Part shown: in pieces, positions 60,075-64,000 of the stretch
Numbering within the stretch: the first letter of the stretch is position 1
How the letters are laid out: each line of letters starts with the position of its first letter
From: an uncultured Alphaproteobacteria bacterium
GTDB taxonomy: Bacteria > Pseudomonadota > Alphaproteobacteria > Rhizobiales > Xanthobacteraceae
Length of the DNA stretch: 64,000 bases
Reading direction: 5' to 3'
Assembly (NCBI GenBank): GCA_963778455.1
Contig: CAVZUL010000008.1
Location: forward strand, 315,371 to 379,370
Notes under the pieces: model-generated
Seen by the model: only the letters and a program-made list of their open reading frames with translations
What the model was told of the DNA's origin: nothing
Database searches by the model: none
Made by a program: the position numbers and the translations under genes

Positions 60075-61272
60075 ATGAGCACCGATTTGCGCATCCGCAT
60101 CGTTTCCGCGATCGCCGACATACCGGCCGCCGCGTGGGACGCCTGCGCCAATCCGGCGAATCTCGGAATCTCAAGATCAGGCCCATAACCCGTTCGTCTC
60201 GCATGCTTTTCTCTCCGCGCTCGAAGCCTCCGGCTCGGCGACCGCGCGCACCGGCTGGCAGCCGCAGTATTTGGTCGCCGAAACAGATGGCAGCACTGTG
60301 CTCGGCGTCGTGCTGGCCTATCTGAAATCCCACTCGCGCGGCGAATACGTGTTCGATGGCGGCTGGGCCGAAGCCTACGAGCGCGCCGGCGGCAGCTACT
60401 ACCCGAAGGTTCAGGCGTCCGTGCCATTCACCCCCGCGACCGGGCGGCGCCTGCTGGTGCCGCCGGGCGACAACGCGGACAACATCCGCCGGGGGCTCGC
60501 ACGTGGCCTGATCGAGCTTGCGAACCTGCGCGAAGCCTCATCCGTCCATGTCACGTTCGCGCCGGAAGACGAGTGGCGGCTGCTCGGCGAGCTCGGCTAC
60601 CTGCAGCGCAATGATCAGCAATTCCATTGGGAGAATGCGAACTACGCGACGTTCGATGATTTCCTCGGCGCGCTCGCGGCGCGCAAGCGCAAGGCGATCA
60701 AGCGCGAGCGGCGCGAGGCATTGGAGCACGGCATCGAGGTGCAGTGGCTGACCGGTTCTGACCTCACAGAAAGCGTTTGGGACACGTTCTTCGCGTTCTA
60801 CATGGAGACCGGCTCACGCAAATGGGGCCGGCCGTATCTCACGCGCCAGTTCTATTCGCTGATCGGCGAGAGCATGCGGGACAAGGTGCTGCTGGTGATG
60901 GCGAAGCGCGCCGGACGCTTCGTCGCGGGCGCGATCAACTTCATCGGCTCGCACACTCTGTACGGCCGCCACTGGGGCGCGATCGAGCACCACCCGTTCC
61001 TGCACTTCGAGCTGTGCTACTATCAAGCCATTGAATTCGCGATACAAAACAAGCTCGCGCGGGTCGAGGCGGGGGCGCAGGGCGAGCACAAGCTGGCACG
61101 CGGCTATATGCCGGTGACGACCTATTCGGCGCACTACATCGCCGATCCGGCGCTGCGCCGCGCGATTGCGGATTACCTGAAGCGCGAGCGCGCCTATGTG
61201 GCGGCCGCGGGCTCAGAGCTTGCCGCCATGGGACCGTTCCGCAAGGATCTGGTCTTCGAACAAACCTCGTAG
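60075..61272 (+). pseudogene. DUF482 / FemAB-like GNAT-family protein, one frameshift near 60155
   Basis: MSTDLRIRIVSAIADIPAAAWDACANPA runs from ATG 60075 and stops at about 60186. The remainder is in the frame of ORF 60271..61272: NPFVSHAFLSALEASGSATARTGWQPQYLVAE...HWENANYATFDDFL...RKWGRPYLT...HFELCYYQAIEFAI...GAQGEHKLARGY. Confidence 0.75.
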
Positions 61273-61287
61273 AAGGACCGAACCTCG

Positions 61288-61713
61288 ATGCCGAGCTACG
61301 ATCCGAACAACATATTCGCCAAGATCCTCCGCGGCGAGCTGCCCTGTCATAAGGTCTACGAAGACGAGCATGCGCTCGCCTTCCTCGACATCATGCCGCG
61401 CGCGCCCGGCCACACCCTGGTGCTGCCGAAATCGCCCGCGCGCAATCTGCTCGACGTCGACCCGGCCGATCTCGCCCACGTGATGCAGGTCGCGCAGAAG
61501 ATCGCCCGCGCGGCCGTGACGGTGTTCGGCGCGGACGGCATCACCATCCAGCAGTTCAACGAAAGCGCCGGCGGACAGGTGGTGTTCCACCTGCACGTCC
61601 ACGTCATCCCGCGCAAGGCGGGCGAGCCGCTGAAGCCGCCCGCGAGCGTCAAGGAAGAGCCGTCGACCCTCTCCGATCAGGCGCTCAAGCTCGCGGCGGC
61701 TTTGCGCGGGTAG
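61288..61713 (+). CDS. HIT-family (histidine triad) protein
   Basis: The 141-aa ORF contains IFAKILRGELPCHKVYEDEHALAFLDI.P.APGHTLV...GQVVFHLHVHVIPR, the HxHxHxx motif. Confidence 0.88.
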   Translation: MPSYDPNNIFAKILRGELPCHKVYEDEHALAFLDIMPRAPGHTLVLPKSPARNLLDVDPADLAHVMQVAQKIARAAVTVFGADGITIQQFNESAGGQVVFHLHVHVIPRKAGEPLKPPASVKEEPSTLSDQALKLAAALRG

Positions 61714-61716
61714 CCG

Positions 61717-62319
61717 CTACAGCGGCTTGATCGCGACCTTGCGGAACTTGATCACACCCTGTCCGTGCTGGAGCGCGAATGGTCCTTCACCGAACATGGT
61801 GTTGCGCAGTTCCACGGTCTTCTGGCCATTCATCAGCACGGAAATCACACGCCCCTTGGCGGTGATCTCAAAAGTGTTCCACTTGCCGCCAGCCTTGGGC
61901 ATCGGGTTCACTTCGGCGAAATGCACAATCCCGCCGGTTCCGTAGCTCGGGTCCGGACGCTGGTCGAAGATGTTCACCTCGTAGCAGGACCGGTCGCCGA
62001 TCTGCTTTGGATTCTGGCAACGCATGAAGATGCCGCTGTTCGCATCATCGCTCGCCCAGAACTCCACGTGGAGCATGAAGTCCTTGTACGGACCCTTCGT
62101 GACCAGATAGGCCGGCGTGTCGCCGCTGCGCTTGTCCGCAACGATCGCACCGTCTTCCATCCGCCAGTTGAACTCGCCGACGCGATCCCACTCGCCCATC
62201 TTTGTGCTGTCAACCAGGGTGATCCAGCCGTCGCCGGTCTGACCACTGGCTTGCGGCACGACTTGAAAGATGGCGAACCCCGCCAACAGAGCGAACGTGC
62301 ATGTCGTCAGGCGTTGCAT
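61717..62319 (-). CDS. secreted DUF1080 (3-keto-disaccharide-hydrolase-like) domain protein
   Basis: GGGAGGAG precedes the ATG at 62319 in ORF 61717..62412. The protein has a signal peptide (MQRLTTCTFALLAGFAIFQVVPQASG), then DGWITLVD...WDRVG..NWRMEDGAIVA...FMLHVEFW...NSGIFMR. Confidence 0.75.
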   Translation of the reverse strand: MQRLTTCTFALLAGFAIFQVVPQASGQTGDGWITLVDSTKMGEWDRVGEFNWRMEDGAIVADKRSGDTPAYLVTKGPYKDFMLHVEFWASDDANSGIFMRCQNPKQIGDRSCYEVNIFDQRPDPSYGTGGIVHFAEVNPMPKAGGKWNTFEITAKGRVISVLMNGQKTVELRNTMFGEGPFALQHGQGVIKFRKVAIKPL

Positions 62320-62450
62320 AGCGAACTCCTCCCGTTGATCGTTCTTGCCCGGTTGCCCGGATGACAGGATCGTAGAAGCCTTTCTGGTTGTGCGGAAGGG
62401 CGGACTGTCCAATCAGACCCTGAGATTGTCGGCGTTGCCCGGCTGACCGC

Positions 62451-63971
62451 CTACTTAGCGAATTTGATGTCTTGCGGCCGGATGATCCCGTCCGGCGGCT
62501 GCTTGTAGCCTTCGAGCTTGGCCGAGTACGCAAAGACCCAATGCTGGTGATAGATGTAGATCAGCGGCTTGTCGGCCTCGATCTGCGTCAGCGCTTTCTC
62601 GTAGGCCGCCTTGCGCTTCGCCGGTTCGCTCACCGTGCGCGCCTCGTCGAGGCCGGCCTGCGTCGTCGCGTTGCAGTATTTTCCCCAGTTGAACGGCGCG
62701 GCGCCGCAGCCCAGGTGATTGATGACGTTCTGATCGGGGTCGATGCGGCCGCTCCAGCCGATCAGGTAGATCTGGAAGTTGCCCTTTACGGCTTCGTCGA
62801 GCGACGTCGTGAACTCGGTCAGGCGGATCTTCAGATCGAAGCCGACTTCGGACCCCATTGCCTGAAGCACCTCAGCCACCTGCTTCACATCTGGCTGGTT
62901 TGGCACCATCAGTTCGAGCGTGATCGGCGTCGCGACGCCCGCTTCCTTGAGCAGTGCCTTCGCCTTCGCGACGTCACGTTTGGGCACCGGAAATTTCTGA
63001 ACGTAATACTGGTTGGACGGCGCCGACCATTGATTGCCCGGCGTGAAGTTGCCGTCGAACACGACTTGGTTGATGGCATCGCGGTCGATAGCGAGCTCGA
63101 GTGCGTGGCGCACCTTGGCGTTCTGCCCGAGCGGATTTTTCGCGCGGTCCGTGTTGCCAAGATTGATGGTGAGACCCGTGTAGGCGATCGGCGGTTTCGG
63201 CAGGAGCAGCTTCAGCTTCGGGTCGCTGCGCACCGCCGGGATGTCGGTCGGCAATATGCGCTCGATCAGGTCGAGCGCACCCGCGCGCAAGTTCGCAAGC
63301 CGCACGGTGCTGTCCGGGATCGGCAGGTAGGTGATGCGGTCGATGTGGATGCGATCTTTGTCCCAATAGTCGGCGAAGCGCTCGAGCACGATGCGCTCCT
63401 GCGCGACGCGGTCGATATATTTGAAGGGTCCGGCGCAGATCGGCTTCTGCACGAACTTGTCGCCGGCGTCCTTCACGGCCTTCGGCGAGACCATCATGCC
63501 GGCGCGGTCGGTGAGCTGCGCGAGCAGCGGCGAGAACGGCGCCTTGAGCAGCAGTCGCACCGTGAGCGGGTCGGCGACCTCGACCTTGTCGATTTGCGAC
63601 AACTCGGCCTTGCGCTTGGAGGCATCCATCGTCATGTGGCGGTCGAGCGTGAACTTCACGGCTTCCGCGTTGAACGGCTCGCCATCGTGGAATTTCACGT
63701 TCGGCCGCAGCTTGATCGTGACGGTCTTTCCGTCCGCGGAGGTTTCGTGCGACAGCGCGAGCTGCGGCACGATATTGAGATCGCCGTCGATGTCGAACAG
63801 CTTGTCGCACAGCGACGCGAGCACAATGCGCCCGACATACGAGCCCGCCTGGGTCGGATCGAAGACGTCGGGATCCTCGGCAAGGCCGATGCGCAGATGA
63901 GTTTGCGCCAAGACGGGAGTTGCCGCGACGGCGGCCGCGAACAGAGCGCCAAACAGAATGCGTGCCTTCAC
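62451..63971 (-). CDS. ABC transporter substrate-binding protein, family 5 (peptide/nickel type)
   Basis: The 506-aa ORF has a signal peptide (MKARILFGALFAAAVAATPVLA), then LRIGLAEDPDVFDPTQA...KFHDGEPFNAEAVKFTLDR...W....GPFKY, typical of SBP_bac_5. Confidence 0.85.
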   Translation of the reverse strand: MKARILFGALFAAAVAATPVLAQTHLRIGLAEDPDVFDPTQAGSYVGRIVLASLCDKLFDIDGDLNIVPQLALSHETSADGKTVTIKLRPNVKFHDGEPFNAEAVKFTLDRHMTMDASKRKAELSQIDKVEVADPLTVRLLLKAPFSPLLAQLTDRAGMMVSPKAVKDAGDKFVQKPICAGPFKYIDRVAQERIVLERFADYWDKDRIHIDRITYLPIPDSTVRLANLRAGALDLIERILPTDIPAVRSDPKLKLLLPKPPIAYTGLTINLGNTDRAKNPLGQNAKVRHALELAIDRDAINQVVFDGNFTPGNQWSAPSNQYYVQKFPVPKRDVAKAKALLKEAGVATPITLELMVPNQPDVKQVAEVLQAMGSEVGFDLKIRLTEFTTSLDEAVKGNFQIYLIGWSGRIDPDQNVINHLGCGAAPFNWGKYCNATTQAGLDEARTVSEPAKRKAAYEKALTQIEADKPLIYIYHQHWVFAYSAKLEGYKQPPDGIIRPQDIKFAK

Positions 63972-64000
63972 GAGACCCTCCCCGATACATCAGCCGCGAG

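Noticed and set aside
33890-60200. Programmed ribosomal frameshifting or recoding as the explanation for the split genes
   Set aside because: There are far too many events, dozens in all and up to about 7 per gene. I saw no shared slippery heptamer or downstream structure at the junctions. The affected genes are ones never known to be recoded.
1-64000. CRISPR arrays, rRNA genes, IS elements, prophage
   Set aside because: I saw no regularly spaced direct repeats, no rRNA-like sequence, and no transposase or phage-like ORFs in any frame.

Overview
This is a visibly GC-rich alphaproteobacterial chromosome segment. Gene content, synteny and the palindromic repeat families look Bradyrhizobiaceae/Nitrobacteraceae-like, but that is a judgement from memory, not a search.

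Most of the window is core housekeeping:
- lepB-acpS-pdxJ-spoT-rpoZ on the minus strand
- a NYN-domain gene coupled to a uracil-DNA glycosylase gene
- smpB, dapA and an Slt-type lytic transglycosylase
- a gatC/gatA/gatB region split by small ORFs
- a pyrB-pyrC-plsY-dprA chain with overlapping stops and starts
- topA, rnr, rpmG, divK-pleD and dinB
- a sulfatase, and HIT, RidA, GDPD and ABC substrate-binding protein genes

There is one tRNA-Ser(GCU). I found no rRNA, CRISPR array, transposase, integrase or phage genes.

Three things stand out.
1. Frame-disrupting indels are extremely clustered, and almost all are +1. They break essential genes (topA, plsY, pyrC, ruvX, dprA, dinB). Long neighbouring genes (spoT, slt, gatA, gatB, the porin, two roughly 750-780 aa TPR proteins, pleD) are intact. 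Read or assembly error in discrete patches is the most likely cause, but it needs checking.
2. An accessory-looking cluster around tRNA-Ser (about 18.4-29.1 kb) encodes repeat-scaffold proteins fused to modifying enzymes. It holds a TPR-GT9-like protein, an FkbM methyltransferase, a methyltransferase-like hypothetical, and two paralogous TPR-SAM-methyltransferases converging on a porin gene. This is my best candidate for an uncharacterised system.
3. Several small features are not in the ORF track:
- a 22-codon poly-lysine micro-ORF
- a 58-aa zinc-ribbon ORF
- rpmG
- a brnT toxin gene with an in-frame TAG
- a divK-pleD junction with no stop codon
- at least four families of REP-like palindromic repeats that supply the 3' ends of some genes

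Frameshift positions are hand-derived and approximate (about +/-10 nt).
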